A stretch of DNA of 64,000 nt from Alphaproteobacteria bacterium (GCA_964291395.2 OZ219856.1:736001-800000), one strand, 5' to 3'; positions 31,711 through 42,652 are shown, counted from the stretch's first letter. A program made the numbers and translations. The notes: a model not told the origin generated them from the sequence alone.

Positions 31711-34700
31711 CACGGACCGCTGTACGTGTAGGAGGTAATCCGGAACTCGCCACGGCGCTCGCCGTTTTTCCCGGAGGTGAGATTGGCCCACGAGGGACTG
31801 TGGGCGCTGACCGATGGGGGGTATCTGCCGCTCGTCGACGTGACCGCAATTCGAATCTGGTCGTAAAGGCCCGACCGGCTCACCGTCGCTTCCGTCCCGG
31901 CCGTCCCGCACGGTGAAGGTGCTGGTGGTGCCGTCATCGTAGGTGACGGTGACCACGCCGGTGGAGCTGTTGCGGCTTATCGACCTGATGCCCCGGCCAT
32001 CGGCCCCGGCCGCCCCCGCAGGGATGTCGATGCGGGCGCCGTCGGAGAAGACGACCCTGATCGCCCCGCCCGACAGGGTGGTGGTCGAGGAGATGTCGAT
32101 GGATGTTCCGTCCGCGCCGTCCTGCACCGTGAAGCTGTCGCTTGACGCAGTTGTCGGTGTAGCGGATCGTCACCAGGCCTGTCGTCGAGCGGTCGATCGA
32201 GCTGATGCCGACGCCGTCGGCGCCGTCCGCCAACGTGAAGGTCGCGGACGCCGAGCCGTCGTCGTAGGCCACCGTGACCACGCCGGTGGTGCTGTTGCGC
32301 GTGATCGACCTGATGCCCCGCCCCGCCTGGCCGGCGCTGATGGTGAAGCTCGTCCCGTCCGAGAAGGTGACCGTCACGTTCCCTTCGGTGTCGGTCGCGA
32401 AGCCGGCGGTGATGCTGGAGCCGTCCGCGCCGTCGACGACCGTGAAGGTATCCGTCGTGCCGTCGTCGAAGGTCAGCGTGACGACGCCGGTGTCCTCGTC
32501 GCGCGAGACGCTGAGGATGCCCCTGCCTTCGAGCAGCGTGGGCGCCCCCCAGTTGAACTGCCGACCCGCCCCGGACGCGGACGCCGATGCTGACCCAGAT
32601 GCGCCCCCGCCCGGCCGGCACGCTCGACACCCGGTCGTACCAGCCGGCCGGGACGCCGTTCGAGTTGGCCGGCTCCGCCGGCTTCGACGCCGCGCGCCTG
32701 TAGATGATGTTGATGGCGCCCTCGTCGGACACCAGGACCGGCCCGACCCAGTCGTTCCCGTCCGCGTTCCAGGTGTCCCGGCGGGTGCCGTCGGCGGCCT
32801 CGTCCGACGCGGTCGCCGTGATCGCCCAGACCGCCTCGCTCTGCGTGCGGCCGGGCCATGGGAACACCCATCCCGCAGGCGGCGTGAAGACCCCGGTGCG
32901 GAAGTCGAAGGACCCTCTCGCTCCCGGGTTCGCCGGCGCCGCCGCGGTGACGCTCTGCTTGCGGTAGGCGGTGAGCTCCTTCCGGCTCACGGCGTCCTGG
33001 CCCTCGAGCTGGGTCGGCAGCCCCCACACGTAGTTCTCCGAGCCGCGCCGGCGGACGCCGATCGACACGTAGATGGGGTGGGCCCCCGCGGGCACGTCGC
33101 CGACGAGATCGTGCCAGCCGGCCGGTATCCCCTGGGAGGGAGCCGGGGCCTCCTCCGGCTGCGCCTCGAACCGCCTGTAGATGATGTTGAGGTCGTCGGC
33201 GTCCCCGACGACGACCGGTTCCGACCAGTCGTCCTCGTCAGGCGCTCCAGATGTCGCCCTCGCCCCGGTCGGCGGTGGCCGTGGAGGCATAGACGACCTG
33301 CGACCTGTCGTAGGCCGGGAACTTCGGCCCCACCCAGCCCGCCGGCGGGGTCAGGGCCCGCCCCGCGAAGTCGTAGCTGCCGCCGGTCGGGCGGTCGGGC
33401 GCCTCGGAGCCGGCCTCCTGCACCCTGTACACCTCGACTTCCTCGAAGTCCGTGCCCTTGCGCGGCAGCGGCCCCAGGGCGGCGGTCACGAACGTCGGAA
33501 GCGTCCGGCGGCCGTCGGCGAGGACGGCGGCGATGGCGAAGCGCCACGTCCCGGCGCCCGGGCGGTCCATGAACTCCGCCGGCGAGGACAGCAGCAGACC
33601 GTCGTGCAGGTCCGCCATGCTGTCCCATTCCGCTGCGGCGGCGGTCCCGTCCTCGGCGTAGCGGATGCGGTACCCGACCACGTCCGGCGACGGGTGCCGG
33701 CTCCAGGTCGCGATCCGCACGCCGAGCGCGTTGTCGGTGACGGAGAACCCGCCCACCGGCTCCAGGTGGGGATCGGCGGCGCCGGCGAGCGGGTTCCACG
33801 TCAGGTCGGCCGTCCGGTGCCCGTAGTAGGCGTCGACCTCGTCGCGGGCGATGAAGCGCAGCCGGTCCTCGCCGGCCGGCTCCTTGCCGGTGATCCGGAG
33901 CTTCACGAGGTCCGCCTCGGCCGTGAAGCACATGAAGCGGTAGGCGTGCGGGTCGTCGTCCACGCCCATGGGCGCGGCCGGCAGCGCCGCGTCCAGCACG
34001 ATCGCGCCGGCGCCGGCCCGCGTGTAGGCGCGCTTCAGGACCGCGTCGTCGAGGTCCCAGATCCAGGCGAACCCGTCGCCGGCGACGTCCCGCGAGAGCG
34101 TGCATGTGCGCCGGTCGGCCGAGATCGCCAGGAGGCGGCCGCCGGCGCCCGAGCCCACGAGGCCGTGGCTCATGCCGACGACGTCGCCGCGCGCGATGCC
34201 CATCCCCTCTCCGATGTGCATCTCCCAGCCGATCGTGCGGATGTGGTAGAACTGCGCCGCCACCGCCCGGTTGAGCTCCTTGGCCGCGTGGTCGCCGTCG
34301 GTGATGCCGTCGAGCTCGACCGTGACCGGCCGCTCCGGGGTCGCCGCGCCGGGCACCGAACGCCGGATCTGGTTGACCTGGTAATCGCTCGTCCGGTCGA
34401 TGAAGTTGCCGACCACCTCGTCGGCGAGTCCCTCGTTGTCGTAGGTGACCCCGAGGGTGCCTGCCACCACGTTGGCGGGCGTCACGAGCGACGTCATCGG
34501 CCGGCCGGCGTCCTCCCACAGCACTCCCCATTTGCCGGACTGCCTGTCTATCGCCCCCCAGCCGCACTGGCAGATGAGCTCGAGGGCGGCCGCGTGGTCG
34601 CGGCCGTCCTCGATGACGAGGTTGCACTCGAGGCCTTGCGCCCTGCAGTGCTCGGCGAAGCCCTGGATCGAGGGGAAGTCGATGCGGCTGTCGGGGAGGC

Positions 34701-36102
34701 CCATGCCGGCGACGAGCCGCCCGTCGATCCGCCAGCCCCGGAGGTAGCGGAGCAGCACGTCGCCGCAGTTCCCGGTGACCTGGCCGGGCACCCACCGCGT
34801 GCCGTCCCAATGGGCGGCCCGCTGCGAGGCGATGGCGTTGACCGCCTCCATCCGGCCGTAGAGCTGTCCCGTGGCCTTGGCCCGGACGGCGAGGGGATTG
34901 CGGCCGTCGAAGTCCGTCGCGTCGTCCTGGAACGCCCGGAAGGCGGCGACGCTGGCCCGGAAGATCAGGCGGTCGTCCTCCTCGTCGTGCTCGGTGAGCA
35001 GCGTGGCGCGCACGTCCCACGCCGCGGCGCGGCCGGTGGCGAACCTGAACGACCTGCGGACGGCGTTGCGCGCCTCGGCGCCGTCCGGTGTGACGAGGAC
35101 GAGGTCGCGCGACTGCCAGGGGCCCGCGGTGCCCGACTCCCGCCACTCGGCGCGGATCTCCGTATCGCGGCCGTCGAGGCTGCCGTTGCCCTGGGTGCGG
35201 AAGTGCTGCGCGGTGAGATCGAAGGCGACGGCCGTCGTGTCCGCGGCCGTCGTCCTCTGGAGCGGCGCGTCGTGCTCGAGGTCGCCGCCGGGGATGGTGT
35301 CGACGTTGCCGGCGACGAGCGTGACGCGGGAGACGTCCTGCTGGGTCCGGACGTCGTCGAAACTGCCGAAGGCGGTCTCGCCCATGTGCAGCGTGCCGAC
35401 GTCGAGGTCGCCGATCCCGAAATCGAAGATCTGATTCAGATACTGGTCGCCCTCCTCGTCGAACTCGGTGTATTCCCGCGCCGCGAGGTCCGGGAACACC
35501 CGGTGCGTGCCGAGCACGAGCTGGAGCGGCTCGTAGGGCCGCGCGCGGTTGGCGCCGCCGGAGATGCTGTACTGCGGCCTGGGCTGGCCGGTGTCCTGCG
35601 GTTTGGGCAGGCGGGGCGGGAACAGCGAGTTGACGATCAGCAGCCCGCCGAGGCCGATGGCCGCGGTGAGGAGCTGGCCGGCGATCGGTCTCCGCCGCCA
35701 CGATCGCCCGAACGAGCCGAAGCCGGCACCCAGAATGCCGCCCGCCAGGTACGGCGCCGCCACGAGCACCGCGATCGAGAGGATCACGGCGATGGGGTTG
35801 GAGCCCTCGCCGCCGGCGACGGCGGCGCGCACGTTGACGACGTCGCCCTCGCGCAAGGTGACGTCCCGCCACGCCGCGCGCGCGACGAGGGCGCCGTTGA
35901 CCGAGGCCACGGCCGGCTCCCACTCGGGCAGGCGGTCGCGGAACACCTCGTCGAGCGTCTGGCCCGCCACGGCGACGACCGCGCACCGGCCCTCGGTGGT
36001 GATCGGGTGCGGCCGGAAGTCGGCGAGGATCTCGGCGCCGGTCTTCGGACGGGACGCGTCATGCGTCCCGCGCATGTCGCGGGGCGGCATGGTCAGGTCC
36101 AT
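31710..36102 (-). pseudogene. Tail tip/host-specificity protein (I+J-like) fused to repeat fibre; split by frameshifts near 33241, 32560, 32149 and 31880
   Basis: GEGSNP, GGANRARPYEPLQLVLGTHRVFPD TipJ motifs; internal repeats continue across the frame breaks. Confidence 0.8.
31885..32530 (-). repeat. Six ~33-37 aa fibre repeats GRGIxSIxR..TGVVTVTYDDGT..TFTV.DGAD
   Basis: Read across ORF-track frames 31129..32127 and 31934..32377 and its upstream in-frame extension. Confidence 0.8.
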
Positions 36103-36482
36103 CTGTAGAATCCCACGAGCTCGAGGTTGACGGTCGCCAGCCGCCGCAGCGGCGTGAATATCGCCCCCGTCCCGGCGAGGTTGTGCAGGACCCACCCCTC
36201 GTTACCGGTCTCGGCATACACGCCGATGTGGCTCCCCAGCGACCGGCGGGAGCCGAGGACGCGCATCAGCACGGCGTCGTGCTCGCGCGGGCTCTCCGTG
36301 GGCACGGCCCATTCCGCGCCGAGCCCGGCCACCCGCTCGGGCGGCATCCGCCGCCACTCCCGCTCGGAGGGGAGCGCGATCTCGATGCCGAGCCGGTCGT
36401 GGACGACGTCGCGCACCAGGTCCGCGCAGTCGTACCTTCCCGCCTCCCACGGCCGCCCGAGATAGGCCTCCGTCCAGTGCAT
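36093..36482 (-). CDS. NlpC/P60 tail assembly protein (K-like)
   Basis: YLGRPW..GRYDCADLV..HIGVY..VLH. Confidence 0.85.
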   Translation of the reverse strand: MHWTEAYLGRPWEAGRYDCADLVRDVVHDRLGIEIALPSEREWRRMPPERVAGLGAEWAVPTESPREHDAVLMRVLGSRRSLGSHIGVYAETGNEGWVLHNLAGTGAIFTPLRRLATVNLELVGFYRWT

Positions 36483-38671
36483 CAGAACAGCCCCGGCGAG
36501 GTCGCGGGGTCGTGGCGCATGATCACGGCCGGCCGGCCGAAGATCGGCTCGTCGGTAAGCGAGACGGTGACGTACTCGTTCGTGACCTCCGCGACGCCGA
36601 CCGACATCTCGACCTCCCAGGCGACCACGCTTTCGTCGCCGTCCGCGACCGGCGGGATCAGCCGCAGCACCCGCATCGAGGCGCCGCGGCCGCCGTCCGA
36701 GGCATCGACCCATTCCATCAGCTCCTCGCCGACGTTGTCGATCCGCAGCACGGCGTTCCGGACCTCGCCCTCCCTGGATTGGGGCACCCGGGCGTGAAAG
36801 GCCAGCGGGATGTAGCGGTTGCCCTCGACGGTGTGCTCCGCGGTGTCCGCCACGATGCGGGCGGGCTCGGTGATGTCGGGATGCTCGATCTCCAGCGCGA
36901 ACACCTGGTCGCGCCCGGCGAGCGACCGGGCAGTCTCCCGCGCGGTGCCGGCGGCAGCCGGGTCGAGACCTGCGACCCGCCCGGCCGGCCGGCCGAGGCG
37001 GGCGCGGGCGGCCAGCGCCTCCCTCGGAACCGGGTCGACGAGCGCGATCGGACGACCGAGACGGGCGCGTGCGGCCAGCGCCGCCGGGTCCGCCTCGACG
37101 AGAACGACCGGGGGATCGAGGCGCGCGCGGGCGGCGATCGGCGCGGGGACCGCCTCGACCGCGGCAACCGGACGGTCGAGGGTTGCGCGCGCGGTCAGCT
37201 CCCCCGGAACCGCCTCGACTTCGGCGATCGGCCGGGCGGTGCGGGCGCGCACGACGATCGGCGCGGGGATGGCCTCGACCTCGGCGACCGGCCGGCCCAG
37301 GCGCGCACGCGCGGTCAGCGTCTCCGGGAGCGGCTCGACCAGTGCGACCGGGCGGCCGAGGCGGGCGCGGGCGGTGAGCGCCTCCGGCTCGGGATCGACG
37401 ACCCCGATCGGGCGGCCCAGGGCCGCGCGCGCGGTGAGGGGGTGCGGCAGGGCGCCTTCTGAGATGCGCAGGCGGGCGATGCCGGGCCGGGCGGTCAGGG
37501 GCCGGGGAACGGCCTCCACCTCGGCCGCCGGCCGCCCCAGGCGCGCCCGCGCCGTGAGGTCCCCGGCGGGCACCGGCATCAGCATGACCTCGCCGGAGAG
37601 CGTGCCGTCCAGGCCTCCCGCGACCGGCCCCTCGATGTCGAGAGGCGGATGGGGCCGCCAGAAGGCGACGATGAAGCGGATGCCCTCGACGATCGCGTGG
37701 AGGTCGGCCACGTGGCCGCTCTCGTCGAAGTTGGCGAAGTTCGGCCCGCCGCCCTGGTAGGGCAGCGTGAACTCGCCGGCGTCCCGGGTCTGGATCGTCA
37801 GGTTGAGGTCGGCGCCGGCGCCGCCCTCGTGGAGGAAGCCTCCCGCGCCTCCGAGGGCGTCGCCGCTCGGGTTGTCCCACAGGCGAAATTCCCGGCCGCC
37901 GCGCCGGATTCTGATCCGCGTGATCGACTGGCCGGGCCGGAGCTCGAGGTCGGAGCCCGCGTGGACCGTGCCTGCGGGGTCGCCGTTGTCGGCGTCGCGG
38001 TAGACGTCGTCCCGTTCGCCCGCCGTGATGAGCGCGAGCACGACCGTCCGGCGCCCGACGGTGTTGAATTCCCCGAGGGTCAGCTCGGCGGTGACGGTGC
38101 CGGAGAGCGCCCCCGAGAGCCCGCCGGCGATGGTGCCCGTGATCCGCAGCGGGACGTGGCCGAGGGTGACCGGGCCGGCGAGCGTTCCCGAGAGGCCGCC
38201 CGCGATCGTGCCGGTGATCTCGAGAGCCTGGTCGTCGTCCAGGACGGCGGTGAAGTCCGGGGTCCCGGTGAGGGCTGCGACGTTCGTCAGGAACGTTCGA
38301 AGCTCGGCCACCCTGCTGCCGACCAGCGTCCACGCATACGCCTCCGTCGGGTCTCGCAAATCCGCCCGCACGAGAGGGCTGTTGGGGCCGGGAATGACCA
38401 GTTCATGGCCTCCGACACTGACGATGAGCGCCTTGGCCGACTGTTCCCACTCTGCGGTAAGCTCGTCGCCTGACCAGTAGGGGTTTTCGGTCCGGCTCGA
38501 CCCGACGGCGACGTAGATGTCGCCATACGACTGGATATAGATCTCGCGCAGGCGGTAGCCGGACGCCCCGCCGGAGACGAGACCCGGGTCGATCGCGAGA
38601 TTGAATTGGAAACGCAGATCGGACGCCGTGCGCGTGATCGGCGCCGGAAGATCGAAGACCTGTCGTGCCAT
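36482..38671 (-). CDS. DUF1833-type (gpL-like) tail protein with long repeat-containing N-terminal extension
   Basis: C-terminal LEIEHPD..RIV.D..Y.PLAF..LRIDNVG..PATSPGLF. Confidence 0.75.
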   Translation of the reverse strand: MARQVFDLPAPITRTASDLRFQFNLAIDPGLVSGGASGYRLREIYIQSYGDIYVAVGSSRTENPYWSGDELTAEWEQSAKALIVSVGGHELVIPGPNSPLVRADLRDPTEAYAWTLVGSRVAELRTFLTNVAALTGTPDFTAVLDDDQALEITGTIAGGLSGTLAGPVTLGHVPLRITGTIAGGLSGALSGTVTAELTLGEFNTVGRRTVVLALITAGERDDVYRDADNGDPAGTVHAGSDLELRPGQSITRIRIRRGGREFRLWDNPSGDALGGAGGFLHEGGAGADLNLTIQTRDAGEFTLPYQGGGPNFANFDESGHVADLHAIVEGIRFIVAFWRPHPPLDIEGPVAGGLDGTLSGEVMLMPVPAGDLTARARLGRPAAEVEAVPRPLTARPGIARLRISEGALPHPLTARAALGRPIGVVDPEPEALTARARLGRPVALVEPLPETLTARARLGRPVAEVEAIPAPIVVRARTARPIAEVEAVPGELTARATLDRPVAAVEAVPAPIAARARLDPPVVLVEADPAALAARARLGRPIALVDPVPREALAARARLGRPAGRVAGLDPAAAGTARETARSLAGRDQVFALEIEHPDITEPARIVADTAEHTVEGNRYIPLAFHARVPQSREGEVRNAVLRIDNVGEELMEWVDASDGGRGASMRVLRLIPPVADGDESVVAWEVEMSVGVAEVTNEYVTVSLTDEPIFGRPAVIMRHDPATSPGLF
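36956..37558 (-). repeat. Ten 60-bp (20-aa) tandem repeats LTARARLGRPxAxVExxPxx
   Basis: Visible in translation and DNA periodicity. Confidence 0.9.
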
Positions 38672-38704
38672 CGGGGACGGACCTCAGACCGGGAGCGGGC
38701 CGGG

Positions 38705-39097
38705 CTAGACCGTGATCCGGAACCCGTTGGCGATCTGCACCGGCTGGCCCTGCCGGGGCGCCGCGATGTCGGGGTACTGGAACCAGCCCGTGAGCTGGTT
38801 GCCGGCAACGGCCGCGTCGAAGAACGCGATGTGGGTGGCGTCCACGGCGTTCCCGGTGTTGGGCGTGTAGATCGTCACCGCCTTGTTGAAGGCGATCGAG
38901 GAGCCGTCCGCCGCCACCGTCAGGTCGGCCACCGGGATCTGCTTCCGCGCGTAGCCGTTGGCGGCCGCGATCTCGGCGACGGCCGTCCCCCCGGAGGGGA
39001 CCGCGCCGAGGGCCGCGTGGACGCCGGCGATCCGCTGGTTGGCGCCGGTCGCGAACAGGTCGCCGACCTTCTTCTTGAAATGGTTGGTCCAGGCCAT
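38705..39097 (-). CDS. Small phage minor tail protein
   Basis: GYARKQI..THIAFFDAAVAGN; tail operon position. Confidence 0.6.
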   Translation of the reverse strand: MAWTNHFKKKVGDLFATGANQRIAGVHAALGAVPSGGTAVAEIAAANGYARKQIPVADLTVAADGSSIAFNKAVTIYTPNTGNAVDATHIAFFDAAVAGNQLTGWFQYPDIAAPRQGQPVQIANGFRITV

Positions 39098-39114
39098 GGG
39101 GCTGCCTCCTTTGC

Positions 39115-39498
39115 CTAGCGGGCGAGCACGAGGTCGAGGGTGCCGGCGGCGATGCGGAACGGCCGGCCCGTCACCAGGGTCACCGGCGCCACCAGCTCCA
39201 TCCGCCCGTACCAGGTGTTGCCGAAGCGGATGCCGAGGTGGTTCACCACGGTGCCCGCCTCGGCGGCCGCCGGCGTGAAGACGTCGATGGCGTTGTCATT
39301 GTCGGACGTCGCCGCGTTCGCCGACCAGCCGGCCGCCGCCTCGGTGTGGCGGGCGTAGTTCCGGCCGGCGCCGGTCGCGAGCTCGTTGTCCGCGCCGGCC
39401 GCGCCGGGGTCGTCGGTGTGGACGCTGATGGTCACCGACCGGGTCGCGAGGTAGGCCGCCAGGAAGGCGAGCCCGCTGTCGTCTACTTGGGTGGTCAT
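39115..39498 (-). CDS. Small phage minor tail protein, distant paralog of 38705-39097
   Basis: SVHTDDPG..NEL..NYAR..HLGI..FRIAAGTL. Confidence 0.6.
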   Translation of the reverse strand: MTTQVDDSGLAFLAAYLATRSVTISVHTDDPGAAGADNELATGAGRNYARHTEAAAGWSANAATSDNDNAIDVFTPAAAEAGTVVNHLGIRFGNTWYGRMELVAPVTLVTGRPFRIAAGTLDLVLAR

Positions 39499-39510
39499 AG
39501 TCTCCTCCGT

Positions 39511-39866
39511 CTAGTGAAACCCCTCGAGCTCCAGCTCGAAGTCCCATGTGCGCTTCGCCCGCCGCGCACCCGCGCGGTGTAGCGGATCGCCCCGGCGCCG
39601 CCCCGGACGCGCACGCGGCGCGTCACGGCGTCCTCGGTGTCGCGCCAGTCGAACCAGGCGTGCGCGCTCTCCCGCGCCCAGGCCCGGAAGCGCACCAGGT
39701 CCGCGTCCGAGGCGAGCCAGCCCCGCACGCGCCTGAGGTCGAGCGCGCGGGTGTGCCGCTTGCCCTGGCGGACCGCGCCGTCGTCGAACCTGGTGCGCGC
39801 GACGTCCGCATCCTGGCCGAGTCCGTAGCCGTCAGCCGCGACGTTCGCGTAGGCCGGCCAGGTCAC
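39511..39866 (-). pseudogene. Distal tail (gpM-like) protein, frameshift near 39555
   Basis: MTWPAY..RTRFDDG..FRAW..WFDW; natural end RTWDFELELEGFH* lies in another frame. Confidence 0.65.
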
Positions 39867-42427
39867 GGCCGCCTCGACACGGCGTGGCGGAAGGCCTGCG
39901 TCACCGGGCCGTTCCCCCGGGCGTCGCGGAGCAGCACGGTGACGATGAACTTCTCGCCGTCCCAGCGGACGCCGTCGTCCGTGGCCTCCTGGGGGGTGCC
40001 GCCCTCGTTGATCAGCCGCACCTCGAGGTTGGGCGCCCCGCCCATGGCCCGCATCTGCTCCGGCGTGAACACGCCCTCGCCGCGGCGCAGGATCGCCGGG
40101 ACCTCGTCGGAGGCCAATCCGCCATGGGGGAAGCGCGGCGCGCCGGCGAAGGCGCGCGGGTCGACGCCGTGGCGCACGCTGCCGCCGGGGGCGCCGGCGA
40201 CGCCGCCCGCGTGGAGGAACAGGTGCCCGCCGACCTCGCTCACGCCGCGGAACGAGCCGCCGCCGAGGCCGAGCAGGCCGCCGAGGGCGGCCGAGAGCGG
40301 GCCGGTGATGGCCCGCTGGACGGCGATGCGCGCGAGGTCCGCGATGATGGAATCGGCGAGCGAGCGGAACTCGATCTCGCCGGTGCGCGCGAAGTTCACC
40401 AGCGCGTCCTCCATGCCGCGCGCGGCGTCGGCCGTCGCCCGCTCGATCTCGTCGAAGGTGTCGAGAGCGTCATCGGCATAGCGTGAGAGTGCGCCGGAGA
40501 TTGCCTCGCTCCCGCCCGCCGCCGCCCCGGCCTGGGCCTCGGCCACCTGCCGCGCGGCAGCGGTGATGTGCTCCGCCGCGATTCGGTGCACCTCCGCGGC
40601 GCGCTCGGCGTAGTCCTCATGGGCCGGCAGCAGCTCGCGTAGGGCCACCAGGGTCCCGGTCCGCCAGCGGTCGGTCTCGACGAGGGTGCGGTCGAACGGC
40701 GTCGCGAGGGCCAGTGCCATGTCCGCGAGCCCGCGCTCGAGGTCGGCGAGCCGCGCGGCCTCCTCCTCGTAACGCGCGCGGTCGCGTGCCGCGTCCTCCT
40801 CGGCGACCGCCTCGCGCTCGAGCCGCGCCTTCCGGCGCACCGCCAGGACCGCCACCTCGATCGCGGCCTCGTCGTGCTTGCCGGCCTGGCGGAGCGCCGC
40901 GAGTTCCTCGAGCTGCTGCCGCTCGGCCCGATCGACGAGGTGGATGCGGTCGAGGGTGAGCCGCGCGACCGCGTCCTCGGCGCGCCTGCGGATGGCGAGC
41001 ACAGCCGCCGCCCGCTCGGCGTCCCGCGCGGCATCGCCGTCGTCGCCTCCGCGCTGCTGCTGCAGCGGCGCCGGCGGGAAGGTGAAGTCGGGGTCGTCAG
41101 GCAGGATGGAGAGGACGCGGAATCGGGGCTCGAGGGCGGCGTCGCGCAGGCGCCGGAGCTCCTCGATCTGCCGGCGCAGCGGCTCGATGGTGCCGCGCCG
41201 CCTCCCCCGGGGATCCGGACGATCGGCCACTGCCTCCAGTCTGTCGATCCGCTCCTGAAGCCGGTCGATCTCTTGCGCCGCCCGGTTGGCGATCGCCTCG
41301 AGCGCCGCGGCGCCGGCGTCGCCGGAGGTCATCAGGCGGCGCTCGACCTCCTCCAGTTCGACGGCCGCCGTCCGCGCCAGGGTCAGGGTCGGCCTGGGGC
41401 CGCGCGGTCCTTGCGCCGGCCTATCGAGGGCATCGCGCAGCTCGATGTAGCGCTCCAGGTCGTGCTGCACGGCGTCGGGCACCGGGGTGTGGCCCGAGAG
41501 CGCATCGATGAACCGTGTGGCCAGGTCCGTGGCCTTCGCAAGATTTTCCAACAGGCCGGACCGGGCGAACGATTCCCGCAGCCGCTCGATGGCGTTACCG
41601 AGCCGGGCGAAGCTGGCCTCGGCGTCCTGCGTCGCGTAGGGGACGCCTTCGGCCACGTGCTCGCGCAGCGCCCGGGCGAAGCGCGGCAGGAACTCGTCGG
41701 ACAGCAGCTCGCCGGCGGCGAGCATGCGGTCGAGCTCGCGCGTCGATACGCCTATGGCGCGGGCTGCCACCTGGAAGGCGTCCGGCAGCCGCTCGCCGAG
41801 CTGCCCGCGCAGATCCTCGGCTGAGACCTTGCCTTTCGACATGATCTGCTCGAGGGCCAGCAGGGCGCCGGACTGCTGCTCGGCGCTGAGCCCCATGACC
41901 CGGCCGGCCTCGGCGACGGCGAGGAAGATCTCCCGGGTCGCCTGCCCCTCGAGCGCCGTCCCGCGCGAGGCGTTGGCGAGCCCGGAATAGGCGTTCGCCG
42001 TGGTGAGGAAGTCGATGCCGAGGCGGTCCGCTTCCCGGCGCACGAACTGCAGCTCGCGGGCGCCCGCGGCGATCGAGCCGGCGGCGAAGCGGAAGCGCCG
42101 GTCCAGGCGCTCGGCCGCCAGGCCGCTCTCGATCAGCGCCTCGGGGAGCTCGGCCAGCGTCGCAATCCCGCGCGAGAGCGCGGCGGCCGAAAGGCCGGCG
42201 GCGAAGTTCCCGAAAAATATGTCCATCCGCGACAGCGACCGGCTCGCTTTCCTGGCCTCGCGGTCGATGCGCTCGATGCCGCGGGCCGCTTGCCCGGCCT
42301 GCCTCCCCGCCCGCCCGGCGGCCGTGCCGGTGCCGCGCAGCTCCCTTTCCAGCCGGTCAAGTTGGCGGACCGCCTGGTTCAGGTCGGCGCGGACCCGGAG
42401 AGCGAGGTTGAGGTTGCGGTCGGGCAC
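39863..42427 (-). CDS. Tail tape measure protein
   Basis: ALEQIMSKGKVSAEDLRGQLGERLP; helical body; DEVPAILRRGEGV C-terminus. Confidence 0.92.
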   Translation of the reverse strand: MPDRNLNLALRVRADLNQAVRQLDRLERELRGTGTAAGRAGRQAGQAARGIERIDREARKASRSLSRMDIFFGNFAAGLSAAALSRGIATLAELPEALIESGLAAERLDRRFRFAAGSIAAGARELQFVRREADRLGIDFLTTANAYSGLANASRGTALEGQATREIFLAVAEAGRVMGLSAEQQSGALLALEQIMSKGKVSAEDLRGQLGERLPDAFQVAARAIGVSTRELDRMLAAGELLSDEFLPRFARALREHVAEGVPYATQDAEASFARLGNAIERLRESFARSGLLENLAKATDLATRFIDALSGHTPVPDAVQHDLERYIELRDALDRPAQGPRGPRPTLTLARTAAVELEEVERRLMTSGDAGAAALEAIANRAAQEIDRLQERIDRLEAVADRPDPRGRRRGTIEPLRRQIEELRRLRDAALEPRFRVLSILPDDPDFTFPPAPLQQQRGGDDGDAARDAERAAAVLAIRRRAEDAVARLTLDRIHLVDRAERQQLEELAALRQAGKHDEAAIEVAVLAVRRKARLEREAVAEEDAARDRARYEEEAARLADLERGLADMALALATPFDRTLVETDRWRTGTLVALRELLPAHEDYAERAAEVHRIAAEHITAAARQVAEAQAGAAAGGSEAISGALSRYADDALDTFDEIERATADAARGMEDALVNFARTGEIEFRSLADSIIADLARIAVQRAITGPLSAALGGLLGLGGGSFRGVSEVGGHLFLHAGGVAGAPGGSVRHGVDPRAFAGAPRFPHGGLASDEVPAILRRGEGVFTPEQMRAMGGAPNLEVRLINEGGTPQEATDDGVRWDGEKFIVTVLLRDARGNGPVTQAFRHAVSRRP

Positions 42428-42448
42428 GTCAGCACCTATATGCGAAAC

Positions 42449-42571
42449 ATGAGCGAATACACCAGGGAATGGGCTCGGGTGGCGGCCCTCGCCATCGCTA
42501 TCGGGATCGGAGGCCCCGTCGCCTTCGCCGTCCTGATGGGCCTCGCCCTGTTCATGGTGTCGATCCTGTAG
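42449..42571 (+). CDS. 40-aa single-TM peptide, antisense in tail operon (moron-like)
   Basis: MSEYTREWARVAALAIAIGIGGPVAFAVLMGLALFMVSIL; TATATG just upstream. Confidence 0.5.
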   Translation: MSEYTREWARVAALAIAIGIGGPVAFAVLMGLALFMVSIL

Positions 42572-42652
42572 CGAGCCAGGACGGCGGCCGCATTCGCCGG
42601 CGCTCCTCGCACCGCCAGAACGCCTCGATCTGCCGCCATGTCAAGCGGTCGC

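Noticed and set aside
31710-31890. Fibre tip as a DGR variable region or invertible segment
   Set aside because: No reverse transcriptase, template copy, invertase or inverted sites seen in the window.
33181-36108. 975-aa plus-strand ORF and other long shadow ORFs (16679-18643, 32987-35986, 45150-46874, 54518-56611)
   Set aside because: Antisense or off-frame shadows of real genes in high-GC DNA; no motifs.
36956-37558. 60-bp periodic array as a CRISPR
   Set aside because: In-frame protein repeats with codon-level divergence; no invariant repeat/spacer structure and no cas genes.
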